A program made the position numbers and the translations under genes. Under the pieces are notes generated by a model. It did not search any database and was not told the DNA's origin. It worked only from the letters and a program-made list of their open reading frames with translations. A stretch of 64,000 bases of DNA from Octopus vulgaris (Eukaryota), in NCBI GenBank assembly GCA_951406725.2, contig OX597828.1, positions 61,008,001-61,072,000 on the forward strand. Reading direction: 5' to 3'. Positions 1 through 11,197 of this stretch are shown piece after piece. Every line of letters begins with the position of its first letter. Position 1 is the stretch's first letter.

Positions 1-2066
1 ATTTTTCGAGCTTTAAATTGTATTTAATCTTTACTTATTTCACAATATCCGCGTTGGCGTCTTTGCCGCCATTTTGTAACCTATTTTTTTCTTTACTTCT
101 GTTGTTGCTGTCGTTGTTCTACATTTCACGTATTTCATTACTTCTGCTATGACAGGTCATCAGTAGCAAAGAAATGCAGTACACTTGTATGTCTGCTTTC
201 TTTGTTCTTCGTTGATGTCCCACCCTTTTTGTCAGTAATCTCTTCAGATTACGGTGTTGTTTTGCTCCAGCTCAGTTCTGTCCTGACTTTGTCGCAGACA
301 TTCCATCCGTGGCGATCCCATATTTTTGTACAATATGGGCTACAATGAGTGTAACTCAGCGGTTATTTCTCCGTTACTGACTGAAAATATTTCTTATATA
401 GACACCTGATTGTTACAGAGATGAATTACATCCATTTCTTTCTACCTCTTCCGCAAGTATTGGTTACGTGAGGGAATTAACTCTGTGTAGAAATGGATAG
501 CAGATTACGGACCCCTGTTATCCTTAGTACCCTTTCATATATGATCCATACATCTACTTGATGTTTTAGCTAGAAGCTCACTGCTCTCTCCGAGAAACTT
601 TGCCTTTCAAACCCTTACGTAATTTCTTTGACGAGTCAGAAGTGTCTCCTTTATGAATTACTGGTCTTTATCATAATACTACAATAGGGCTCCTATAAGC
701 ACTCTCTTTTTTTCCCCCCAGGATTACATAGGTCATTAAGATTTAAAATAGCCAAACTGAATCCACCAGTGAATTGTTCATCAACTTAATCTCTTGGGTT
801 TTGCTGTTGTTTAATCCCATAATCACAGAGACCTATAGCCATAAACATTTCAACTGTAACTATCTTGTCTTTCAAAGGTAACCAGGAAGACATTCTCTTT
901 TTAATTCAGTAAGTATGGTTTGAAGAAGATCAGGCAGTGATTTCTAGCAGTCGAGTAATTGCATTGAGACAACGTTGTTGGTTCGTCGAATTTCTTGGTT
1001 TGGTTTTCTTAATAGGTATGTGTGTTAATATGTGTATATATATCAGTACATGAATACGTGTTAATATATGTATGTATATATACTAATCATTTAGATTGCT
1101 TATATTTTTCTCATTGTGAAAATTTAATTGTCCAATTTTGTTTCACAAGGAAACAGTTCTGGATGCTTTTATATTTATTCATGGTGTCACACAGCATACA
1201 AAATAGTTGTCTCTAAGTTTACAAGCTGTGCGGACAATTTTGTATTGGACTCTAGAATATCCTATTGAGAATCTAATGAGAATCTAAATCGTGATAGCCC
1301 AGTTACTGATCAAAATTTCTCGTTAACATACAAATGTCACGACAAAATTATGCATATTAAAAACATATTGATAAATTCATATGCTTTAACAAGTCACTTA
1401 TTGTTAAAATTTGACCGATGTTTCTAATAGAAATACCACCTTCTATACATGACAATATTTTTATAAAGGATGTACAACTATTTGAGAAAAAGAGCATGTT
1501 AGTCGGCTATATATTTAATTCGTCATATTACTTTTTTCAGACTTTTTTTCAGACTTAAACACAACATTGAGACAGCAGCATTTACAAAAAAGCGCAAGTT
1601 GCAGTAGTCTTAAAAACAGAAAGAATAAAAAAAGATAAAATATATAAGCATGTATTTCTCTACCGGAAATTAATATCAATACAATACATCTAAGAGTGAG
1701 ATCGTTATTCTTAAACAGAGCATCTTGGGTAAAAACCGAACCACTAAGATATTATTTTTAGGATTCTACAGGAGTCTTTGGCGGCGGGTGGGTGGGTGAA
1801 GAAGTAGGACTAGCATTTTCGTTCGGATACGTTTAAAAGCGCTGGTATTGAATGCAAAAAGACAACAAAAACCCAAAACAAAAGAAAATAAAAAATAACG
1901 ACAAACAAAAAACACAAACAAACAGACTTACATTGAGTCGAGAAAAGCTGAAAACACCTGACGATACTGTTTAGAACGAGGGGCTAACACACGAAAATTT
2001 CCTAAATCATAAAATTCATGAAATACCTTAAACACTTGAGAACTTATATATGCCTAGAGGAAGACA

Positions 2067-2545
2067 TACGAAATTGGGCTCAAAGGTTCATAAGCTGATT
2101 ATGAAGGAGTGATGATAAACTCTGAAATCTTGCATGCATTAATTTCAACTCGTCTTATCAATAACTAAATTGTTTGTTTCCAGGCAAACTCACGTCTAAC
2201 TGTTCAAAGGAGACTTCAAAAGTAACTACTAGCAACTTTTGTTGAAAAACGACAAAATTTGGCATCGTGGCCTGATTATATACCGGCAGAAAAAGGGTTT
2301 AGTCTCCAATGACATTCATGCTGACATGGTTGTTACATTGGGGGTTGACGCTCCAGCTTTATCAATAGTGCAAAAGTGGGCAACTGAATTTAGGAAGGGA
2401 AGGGAGAGCTTTGAAGATGATCCGAAGTCTGGACGTCATGCAACTGTCACCACCGAGGAAAACATTGAACGTGCTCATAACATTGTGATGGATGACATGC
2501 GATTGACTATAAATCAAACAGCCAATAATATTAGCAGTCCACGAA
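2067..2545 (+). mobile_element. Mariner (Tc1/mariner) DNA transposon, 5' fragment
   Basis: ORF 2239-2550 reads IHADMVVTLGVDAPALSIVQKWATEFRKGRESFEDDPKSGRHAT, a Mos1-type N-terminal HTH region with the EDxPRSGRP motif. A degenerate TIR-like start TACG lies at about 2067. The catalytic domain is absent. Confidence 0.85.
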
Positions 2546-2762
2546 GCTAATGACACACATCAATTGGATTTCGAATGTAAATTTTGGAGGTGTGATAGAT
2601 GCTACACGAAATAATAGAGTGTAGAGTGAAGGGGGTGACACCGAGGCATGTGCTGCACTTGTCTTTGAGCCTCAAGTGGGTGCGAAACAAAGAAGCCAGC
2701 CAGTCCATTAGAGTTTTGGTTAGCTTCAGAAGACATGTAACAAACGTTTGACATTTTGCAGT

Positions 2763-3150
2763 ATACATATGGTGGTGGCACTCCGTCGGTTACGACGACG
2801 AGGGTTCCAGTTGACTCGATCAATGGAACAGCCGGCTCGTGAAATTAACGTGCAAGTGGCTGAGCTCTCCACAAACACGTGTACCCTTAAAGTAGTTCTC
2901 GGGGAGATTCAGCGTGACACAGAGTGTGACAAGGCTGGCTCTTTGAAATACAGGTACAACAGAAACAGGAAAAAAGAGTGAGAGAAAGTTGTGGAGAAAG
3001 AGTACAGCAGTACTACCACTCCCTGCCGGAGCCCCGTGGAGCTTTAGGTGTTTTCGCTCAATAAACACTCACAGCGCCCAGTCTTGGAATGGAAACCGCG
3101 ATCCTAAGACCACGAGTCCGCTGCCCTAACCACTGGGACATTGTGCCTCT
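2763..3150 (-). mobile_element. tRNA-derived SINE (family 1)
   Basis: The minus strand begins GAGGCACAATGTCCCAGTGGTTAGGGCAGCGGACTCG, with A-box and degenerate B-box. A close second copy is at 4270-4622. Confidence 0.8.
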
Positions 3151-3199
3151 ACAGTTATACAAATATAAACGAGAGATCTGACAGGTGTTTAACATAATA

Positions 3200-3306
3200 A
3201 TCTTTTCTACTGTAGGCATGAGGCCTGAATTTGAACTCAGAACGTACGGATGGACGAAATGCCATTAAGCATTTAGCCAGGCGTGCCAACGATTCGGCCA
3301 GCTCGC
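3200..3306 (-). mobile_element. tRNA-derived SINE head (family 2), partial
   Basis: The minus strand reads GCGAGCTGGCCGAATCGTTGGCACGCC...GTTCTGAGTTCAAATTC (B-box). Related pieces lie at about 35040-35205 and 52850-52990. Confidence 0.7.
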
Positions 3307-3363
<57 letters not shown>

Positions 3364-3367
<4 letters not shown>

Positions 3368-3552
3368 AACACCAGGACTTACAAACACATATAACATACA
3401 GAAAATAGCACTACTAGGCACTGCACACATCCTACGCAGAACACTTTCTATACAATAACCATCAGAGCATCACAACAAATCACAGCACATACCCAAGGCA
3501 CACAGAGCTGCGCTCGGTAGTGAAGTGAAAGCACGCTATAAAAATAAAACTA

Positions 3553-3555
<3 letters not shown>
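3364..3555 (+). mobile_element. Dong/R4-clade non-LTR retrotransposon, 3' end, inserted in (TAA)n
   Basis: C-terminal peptide NIQKIALLGTAHILRRTL* is typical of R4/Dong ORF ends. It has a short 3'UTR with AATAAA and (TAA)n tracts on both sides. Confidence 0.75.
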
Positions 3556-3593
<38 letters not shown>

Positions 3594-3594
3594 T

Positions 3595-3870
3595 TGATTT
3601 CTTTTATTTGCAACCTTAGCGAAGGATGAGGGGAACAATACAAAGACAGACATAAAGTGCGGGGGTTTACATATGATGGGAAAAAAATAAACACGGGATA
3701 CATTAAAAGAAGGGAAGTGTACATAGTATACGGCACTAGAAGAAGAAAAAGAAAGAAAAAAGTGATAGTGACAGGGTCCTCCGGAACAAACTTGTCAGTT
3801 TGTCTTCGTTGACGCCTAGGGTCTCCCCGAGGACGTCGACGCACTTCCCGGCTATTAATTCTGTGTGTAT
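3595..3870 (-). mobile_element. Tx1-like LINE fragment (ORF2 piece fused to 3'UTR)
   Basis: 3780-3850 matches the Tx1 relic at 27540-27610 (GACGCCTAGGGTCTCCCCGAG). 3620-3700 resembles the 3'UTR at 26700-26760. Confidence 0.65.
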
Positions 3871-4269
3871 AGTAAAAGTGAAACATTCACCGATCCTATT
3901 GCTTAACTTGCAGAAGACAGTGAGAGCCTGACGACAATGTTCGTCACCGAGCGTCAGGTTTTAGCCGACACCTAGTGCACCTAGCGATAGAAGGTCGTCT
4001 TTCTGGCAGTTGCTGTGAAGATCTTAGCCGGGATGGTAACTTGTGCTTACTCTCATACACCTTCACAAGTTGTTTCACTTCTGTAACTCCTGTCTCTATC
4101 ACTTAATGAGAGCTTAAAGAAATGCATTGATTTACAGCCATCGTAGCACAAGATTATCTGGCCATGAGGTTAACTCCATAACTTTCTCTGTATTCTTCGT
4201 TATTCGTGTTCTTATTATTGTTATTGTTGCTCTTGCTGCTGCTGTTGCCATTGTTATTTTTGCTGTTGT

Positions 4270-4622
4270 TGTTGAGCGAAGCGGTCTTCGTCTCACAGCT
4301 CGCAAGATGGGAGAAGTCCGAAACGCGGTCCTATGCTATTCGTAAGACCCGCAGAAGAGAAAGCAGGTCAACCCCCGACATGGATGAATGTGCATTTAGG
4401 TTCAGCGGTTGCGTAGGATGTCGGGGATAAGAAACAGGAAGAAATAGTGAGAGAAAGTTGGAGCGAAAGAGTACAACAGGGGTCGCCACCAACTCTGCCG
4501 GATCCTCGTGGAGCTTTAGGTGTTTTTGCTCAATAAACACACACAACGCCCGGTCTGAGAATCGAAACCGCGATCCTCCGACCGCGAGTCCGCTGCCCTA
4601 ACCATTGGGCCATTGCGCCTCC
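4270..4622 (-). mobile_element. tRNA-derived SINE (family 1)
   Basis: The minus strand reads GGAGGCGCAATGGCCCAATGGTTAGGGCAGCGGACTCGCGG...GGTTTCGATTC and is homologous to 2763-3150. Confidence 0.8.
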
Positions 4623-5256
4623 ACTTGCTATTGCTGCTACTGATTCTGCTGCTGTTATTATTTTTACTGCTACCTTCATTTGCTGGTATGCGAGCTGGAC
4701 TTTGAGCTAAAATCATAATAGTTTTCCCCATCTCTTCGCAAGCATTGCTGTTGTTTATATTGTTTTCGTTAAATGTTGTTATTACTGCTGCTGCTGCCGT
4801 CGAGCCTCCACTCTCTAATGAAGATGGTTGCGGTGTGAGGGCTTCTTGCTTCCTACTCATTCAGACAGTTTGTTAACGCCAAATCAATTAACTTTCCTTA
4901 CGCTTTGAGAAATCGCGAGCATTTCGTCTCTCCATAAATAGTGGTAAAAGAATCAAACAAATTACTTGTACTTAATCAAAAGAAGTCAATATATTTGACG
5001 ATTAACATCAGTAGAACCCGTTGAAACAATTTCTTATATTGGCGTAAGGGCTAAAATTTTTAGTGAAAAGCGAACCGTTTTATGGACCTCACTAACTTGA
5101 GTGGAACAGATGAAAGGATTTGGACTGAGTGTAAAAATCCTAAACAAATACAGCAAAGCATTTTCTCCATTGTTCTAACAATTTTGTCAATCTACAATAT
5201 CAAGTTTGCCGTCCTCTCACCCTACAAAACAACGGCAGTAGTAGTAGTAGTAGTAG

Positions 5257-5288
<32 letters not shown>

Positions 5289-7489
5289 AGATTATTGGAA
5301 GAGTAAAGGGAAAGCGTTGATTCTACTATTCCCCCCACCAAAAAAAAAGTACAGGAATCGATATCCTACAACCTTCTTGCCTCACCAGTCACCCTCTGCC
5401 ATTCAGGTGACTCAATATTTTCACCAAAATCACACAAGTATATTATTGTTTCATATATCGTCGAAACCTTGTTTATTACTTTCTTTATAGTTATTTCTTC
5501 CTCCTATTTTCACCAAGTCGATGAATCACCAATGGGATGCTAGCTATTGCTCATCTCCTCTCAGTACCTTCTTATGTTTTTACTGACAAATTAATTTTAA
5601 CGCCTGTATTTGGCCTTGATTTATTGCCATTGATTTCACCATGGATATTTTTGTTCTGCTTATGTGATTGTCGTTAGACTTTACTGGGGCAGCATCTGGT
5701 TTTGTGTAAATGCAAACAATTTAGTTAGATGTCGATAACACACAAACAGATATGGTGTTTGTATATTTTTAGATATACTTTATTGATTGGTAATTTGATA
5801 ACTGTATTTCTTTTTGAAGCTTTCTGGCTGCCTGTTTCTCATTGACGAATACATAAGCAAATTCAGGAAAGTAGACCACAAATAATTGCTTGAAGCCAAA
5901 AAGATTAATATCTCCACTGCCACCTTTATCAACATTAGCAACAAAACTCCACCTAAATACGACCATCACCACAACTACGAGCTGACTATGAAGCCTTCAC
6001 GTGGTCACTCGACCTGCTTAGAAATAGCTGCCAAATCTCCTTCAAACCATACTCTACTATCTTTAAAAAGATAGTCATCCTAGTTGGATCTTTTCGATTT
6101 GGCTGCCAAATCTCTTCAATTTTTATTCGAATTGCTTTTATATTCGATGTAATGATGTTGTTTTATTTGCTAATCAATGCCATGAAATTAATTTTCGCCA
6201 TAAACCAATAAATAAAGAGTTATTAGCTTTTAAAGTTTGCAAACGTTGGATAATTTTAGCTAATCACAAGCCACAAATACATTCATGCCTGTTTCCAAGT
6301 CAAACGAGAACTCTTTTGTCTGTGAGATAGCACGCGTTGACAAATATATTCTACGCGAAAGCATGTGCGTCGACGCTGTGTTCTGTTGCTTGTGGCCATC
6401 TGCTGCTTGTACCCTGGTTGAGAGATGTGTAAGAAATAACAAGCCAAATAGGCCTTAAATCACGCACCCACCATTCTTTTTCGCATACACGGGACTACAA
6501 AATAAGTTTCTTTTTTTTTTTTTTGTGTAACATTCTCAATAAACGATTAAAGGCAAAGTTTGGATAGTGAACCACCTACGGTAGGCTCTCGAAAATGACC
6601 TGCAGCTGTCAACAGACTTAAATAGTGTATGATTGTTTAATTTCCCGACAAAATGAATGCACATATTCTCGCTAAGTAGAAAGTGTATGCTCAGGAAAGT
6701 GCCTCTATGAGCTGAAAGATAAAATAGAACTCTTCTTTGGTTGATATCATAGACCACATAAATGATTTAAGTTTGAAATTACAAGGGTTCATTTAGCTAT
6801 CTTTTCCCCGATATCAGGAGCTTTATTCAATACTACAATTGTTCGCATGTCAACTGTAAAACAAAACAAACTACATGCAAATTTTGCAACACTGATGAGC
6901 ACTTCAATTTTAGTGGTTTGTTTCAGAAGTTTAAAGATTTACAAATTCATGAGGTACAAATATAAGAAACTTATTGCGATTTGATGCTAGATGAGCATTT
7001 TAATGTTGGAACTAGCCTTCTGATCTAGATAAAAAGTAAATTGTTTCATTAAATTTAACACATTGTGGTATTTTCTGTTTCGGCACTTAAAACAGTATAA
7101 CTATCAGGTTGATAAATGTATTGTGACATTTTGATGCATGTTGTTTAATGTGGTCGTACTTGAACTTGTACATTTTCAAAATATGCAATTTATCAAGATT
7201 TTATATGCTTTCAATCGTCCTTGTTAAGGTTAAGTCAATATAGTAGCTTAAACTACTAGAAATAACAGTTAAATTACTATCAAATTACATCCGATGCTTA
7301 GAAAGGATGCCCCTTGAATGCAGAAAGACAGAGTGACCCCCGATGGGTCATCTTTTGTCATAAGTTTCCTTCTTTAGAATTGACAGCAGGCTAAGCAATA
7401 ACAGCTACGACAATAACTATATTTCAATATTCGACTCTTCAGAGTAACTTGAGTGGTATTTCATTGATTATTTTCGCAGCTTACCTGAT

Positions 7490-8600
7490 TTCATAGAGGT
7501 TCCCTCTTTGGTATCAATAAAGTTCTGGAATTGATTGAATCAACAGTGCCCATTCACTTTTTATTCGGAGATAAGGAAGGAAATCTTGAAAATGAGAATG
7601 ATCAGCCGAATGCAACAAGTGAAGTGGCTACGGATTAGAGATAATTTGTGCAGTGAGCCCGTTATATTACAACGAAATGCCAGAAACTTTAGAGCTACCA
7701 AATGAAGAAAAGCTGAAGATAATGTTGGAGGGAAGACCCCCAAAATGTTACAAATATGGTGAAAGAGGGCACTTGAGAAAGAAATGCCCTAGAGTAGCAG
7801 TGGAAATTGTAGAGAAATTGTAGTGGAAATTGTATTCTGGAGTATTCTGGAGAATATAATTGTGGAGAAACAGCAATAACAGACGGGAATTTTGTGAGGT
7901 GAAAGCAAGAAAAAGGGAGAGGAGGAAGTCACCATTGATAGTGGAACTGAAGAAGTACAAAGCAATGGAAGAGGTAACCCGACCTATGACGAGAAACGGA
8001 GAAGATTTACCAGTAGGATCACCAGTAAAGGACTTGCAAGTACAGAAACATTCAGACCCACAGACACTTAAACACATAGACATGCAAAAGCACAGAAGTA
8101 TAGACGAACAGAAAAAAGATAACTCAGAGTTACGGAAACCTAAAGACATAGACACACAGGCGAAACACGCAGAATTACAGTCAAACGAACACACAGACAC
8201 ACAAATACACAAACACACAGACACACAGATACAATCACAGGAAAGCCAAGAATTACAGAAACAAAAAAACAGAAACATGCAAGATATAAACAGAAGTAAG
8301 GTTTAAAGTGAAATATAGGACACCCAAAAGTTAAAAGAATTCCAAAATTGAAAGACATTATGAAAGAGTGAATCCACTGGGGCCGGAGGTGGATGTTGAA
8401 CCTCGCGCCTCGGTGGTGGATTATGTGGACGAATAGGAGAAGATGAAGTGGGAAGTCGTGATTTATTTTAAAGACTGTGAAATATTTCTTTATTACCCAC
8501 AAGGGGATAAGCATAGATGGGACAATGAACACATGAAAGAATGGAATAGTGAAATTATACAATGAAGATGGAACGTCCAATCCCGCCCCGCTCCGGGGTG
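7490..8600 (+). pseudogene. Decayed Tx1-like ORF1 relic
   Basis: GRPPKCYKYGERGHLRKKCP at about 7731-7790 is a degenerate CX2CX4HX4C knuckle with the same GR.P.C context as the intact ORF1. A Q/T/H/K-rich low-complexity tail follows. Boundaries are approximate. Confidence 0.65.
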
Positions 8601-8609
8601 GTTACGTTA

Positions 8610-9450
8610 TTTCAATTATTTCAACAGTTCTTTTCAAAATTATCTCAACAGGTCTTTTCAAAATAAAACTCTACTTACCATTTTATATAGTTCTTAATTT
8701 CCTCATAGTTCACCACTGGAGCGCTGGATTCGAAATTCACCTCGGGCCCCAGTGGGTTTATATCTGATGGGAAAGCCTCTTTTAACTTTCTGTACTTATC
8801 TTTTTCCATCAAAATCCATCTCGTCTTCTTATCGTAATCCTCCGAGAGGTCCACTTTAACAATGTCTTTTATTTTAGTTATTTTCCTTTTTATTTTTTGT
8901 GTCGACCGATGTTATCAAATATATTCTGTTCCTGTGTACCTCTTGCGTCTCTATGTCTGTGTGTTTATTTGTCTGCGGGTCTGTATGTTTGTGTGACTGT
9001 AAGTCTGCATGTTGTGTCTGTGCTTTCAGGTTCTGCGCTTTTAGGTTTCTGCAACTATATGTTATCTTCTACGCTTCCGTGTGTATGTATGTCTGTGAAT
9101 CTGTCTGCTTGTGCGATTGTGAGTCTGTATGTTTTTTTGGTGATGTTCTGCTTTTATCCTCTTTCCTCGGTAACCCCACTTGGTCCTAGATTTATATTTC
9201 GTTCCTTGTTCAACTTTCGGCGATGAGCCCCTCCTTTCTCAAAATCGGCTCTCTGTTCTTCTTCCTGTGTCTCTTTCCTCTCCTCTATCACACCTTCTTG
9301 CGCTTCCATTTCTATATTTTCCATTATTTCTGGGTACCTTCTTCTAATGTGATCTCTTTTGCCACATTCATAGCACTTTGGAGGTCTCACCACTGGAGTG
9401 CTGGGTTCGAAATTCACATCGGGCACCAGTGGGTTTATATCTGAAGAGCA
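8610..9450 (-). pseudogene. Second decayed ORF1 relic of the same family, inverted
   Basis: VRPPKCYECGKRDHIRRRYP. It shares nucleotide blocks with 7490-8600 (GATAAC...GAAACCTAAA; CCACTGGGGCC.GAGGTG). Confidence 0.65.
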
Positions 9451-9749
9451 AGATAGGGCTGTCGAGAAGTGTGTTTGAGGGAAGATGGAAAGCTGTGCTA
9501 AGAAAGGTGGGTGCAAGGGATCCGGCTTAAACGGCTTTGGAAAAAAGGAAGAAATAAAAGTAAGGAGTAGCCACTGGTCCTTTGAGGCAGCAGGGCATAT
9601 CCCTTACTGATATAGAAAAAGATTATATCATCATCAATATTTTTAAATAATAGGTATCATTCAAACACATCACAACATTTTTTGTATGCATTGTCCTGTG
9701 CTGCCCCTTCTGTGTATTGATCATTATGGTCTAAAAAATTTATGCTACT

Positions 9750-9790
9750 CCAGACTGATGATGAGTAATGATTCTGAAACTAGTCTCTGG
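9750..9790 (+). ncRNA. Minimal type-I hammerhead ribozyme motif (canonical core)
   Basis: CCAGA-CUGAUGA-uGAGU aaug AUUCu-GAAAC-UA-GUC-UCUGG. Stem I is a perfect 5 bp, stem III is the palindrome ACUAGU, and the stem II closing pair is mismatched (U.U). Confidence 0.75.
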
Positions 9791-10142
9791 TGCTGGCTTT
9801 GCTGAGTAGAGGCGCTTATCTCCCCCTTTGAAAACATAAGGACATAGAAAATGTGTCATGGTCAGCTGGAAACGCTGTTTCCTGGGGCTAAATACCAGTA
9901 GCATTCTTCCCTTTCATGGGACTGTCACATTAAATTGCCAACATGCCATCATTTGATTCGGCACTAGTCTTTATTCAGTACGACGATCGTTTTGACTCAT
10001 CTTGCAACTGCACATCATGGATAGGATTTTGTGCATCTAATAGTGTTGCATCAAACTGTGCAGTTTGTGTCTCATCAGGTACATGCATAAAAAAGGTGAA
10101 TGCCCCGATAGATACACTGAGATGTCCTAGGTATGTTGTTCG

Positions 10143-10188
10143 AGCCTGTTGTATCTTGATTATATATATAATCAAGATACAACAGGCT
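10143..10188. repeat. Perfect 46-bp palindrome centred on (TA)5
   Basis: AGCCTGTTGTATCTTGAT-TATATATATA-ATCAAGATACAACAGGCT. Confidence 0.95.
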
Positions 10189-10234
<46 letters not shown>

Positions 10235-10397
10235 GTTATCGCCATACTAATATGGCATTCTTATAAAAATAAGAAAAAAGCTGTCCGCTTATTAGCTCCA
10301 TGAGGCCATCACCTTAAGTTAGCTATTTGATACACAAACTGTATCCATATAACCTTCGAACAAGGGAGGTCAGTCGCTCCACACTACTTGACCGGCA

Positions 10398-10439
10398 GCT
10401 ACAGACGCGTTTCGGGGTATTGCCCCTTTTCAATGCAGC
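10398..10439 (-). ncRNA. Minimal hammerhead ribozyme A (U3-A8 core), inverted copy
   Basis: Exact reverse complement of 16365-16406. Confidence 0.85.
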
Positions 10440-10487
10440 GTAGCCAGCCAGTAGGTGTCGCTTCCGACAATCTCTGTTCGATGGTTT

Positions 10488-10533
10488 TATTTACCTAGTT
10501 TCGGTGGAATACATCCACTTGTTTTCAATAATA
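10488..10533 (-). ncRNA. Hammerhead-like motif B, inverted copy
   Basis: Reverse complement of 10896-10941. Confidence 0.55.
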
Positions 10534-10895
10534 GAAATATTAAAATAACTAAGTCTCTCTAAAAGAGAACAGCGGCAGCGTTCTCGGAAAATAATAGTTA
10601 TCGCCATACTAATATGGCATTCTTATAAAAATAAGAAAAAAGCTGTCCGCTTATTAGCGCGTCTGTAGCTGCCGGTCAAGTAGTGTGGAGCGACTGACCT
10701 CCCTTGTTCGAAGGTTATATGGATACAGTTTGTGTATCAAATAGCTAACTTAAGGCGATGGCCTCATGGAGCTAATAAGCGGACAGCTTTTTTCTTATTT
10801 TTATAAGAATGCCATATTAGTATGGCGATAACTATTATTTTCCGAGAACGCTGCCGCTGTTCTCTTTTAGAGAGACTTAGTTATTTTAATATTTC

Positions 10896-10941
10896 TATTA
10901 TTGAAAACAAGTGGATGTATTCCACCGAAACTAGGTAAATA
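10896..10941 (+). ncRNA. Hammerhead-like motif B (U3-A8 core, atypical insertions)
   Basis: UAUUa-UUGAAAA-caa-GUGGA uguau UCCAC-c-GAAAC-UAG-GUA-AAUA. Core and stem II are clear. Stem I is weak and there are extra nucleotides around stem II. Confidence 0.55.
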
Positions 10942-10963
10942 AAACCATCGAACAGAGATTGTC

Positions 10964-10980
10964 GGAAGCGACACCTACTG
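10964..10980 (+). repeat. Target-site duplication, left copy (17 bp)
   Basis: GGAAGCGACACCTACTG is identical at 16339-16355. A single empty-site copy is at 10449-10465 on the minus strand. Confidence 0.95.
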
Positions 10981-11197
10981 ATTTTTCCTTGGATTACGTC
11001 GGATTATTTTACGCTGTAAGCTGTTATGTTAGTTCGTTCTGTTCTGGATTTACACGTACAATTTTTGGAGTATTAACTTGTGAAACAAAGTAATTTTCGC
11101 CCTTCGGGGTAGAAAATTTCTTTTTATATATGAACTTTAATTCAGTGTGGATTTAATTTTTATCTTGTCTCTTGTGACAAGTCACTTGCATTTTATT

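Larger units (their letters stand above)
10231..10658 (-). mobile_element. 362-bp hammerhead-containing repeat (retrozyme / Penelope pLTR-like), inverted copy of about 1.2 monomers
   Basis: AATAGTTATCGCCATACT recurs at 10231 and 10593 (period 362). The segment is the near-identical reverse complement of 10658-10980 plus 16356-16634 and is preceded by (AT)n. Confidence 0.9.
10658..10980 (+). mobile_element. 362-bp hammerhead repeat, forward copy upstream of the LINE insertion
   Basis: Starts CGCGTC-TGTAGC, inside stem III of ribozyme A. It continues seamlessly at 16356 once the LINE and one TSD copy are removed (16395-10658-5375=362). Confidence 0.9.

Noticed and set aside
3925-3960. CTGACGA...CGTCAGG hairpin
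   Set aside because: It is a simple 7-bp stem; it lacks GAAA and hammerhead topology.
4560-4622. tRNA-like sequences here and at 29485, 55829, 60875 and 61570
   Set aside because: They are SINE heads with A/B boxes and no complete cloverleaf.
10231-10980. CRISPR-like or LTR interpretation of the repeats flanking the RT element
   Set aside because: There are no spacers. The flanks are one interrupted tandem unit with an empty site, and the RT element has an APE domain with no integrase or protease.
11147-11197. ORF1 start given by the track
   Set aside because: It is a GTG; the first ATG in frame is 11198.
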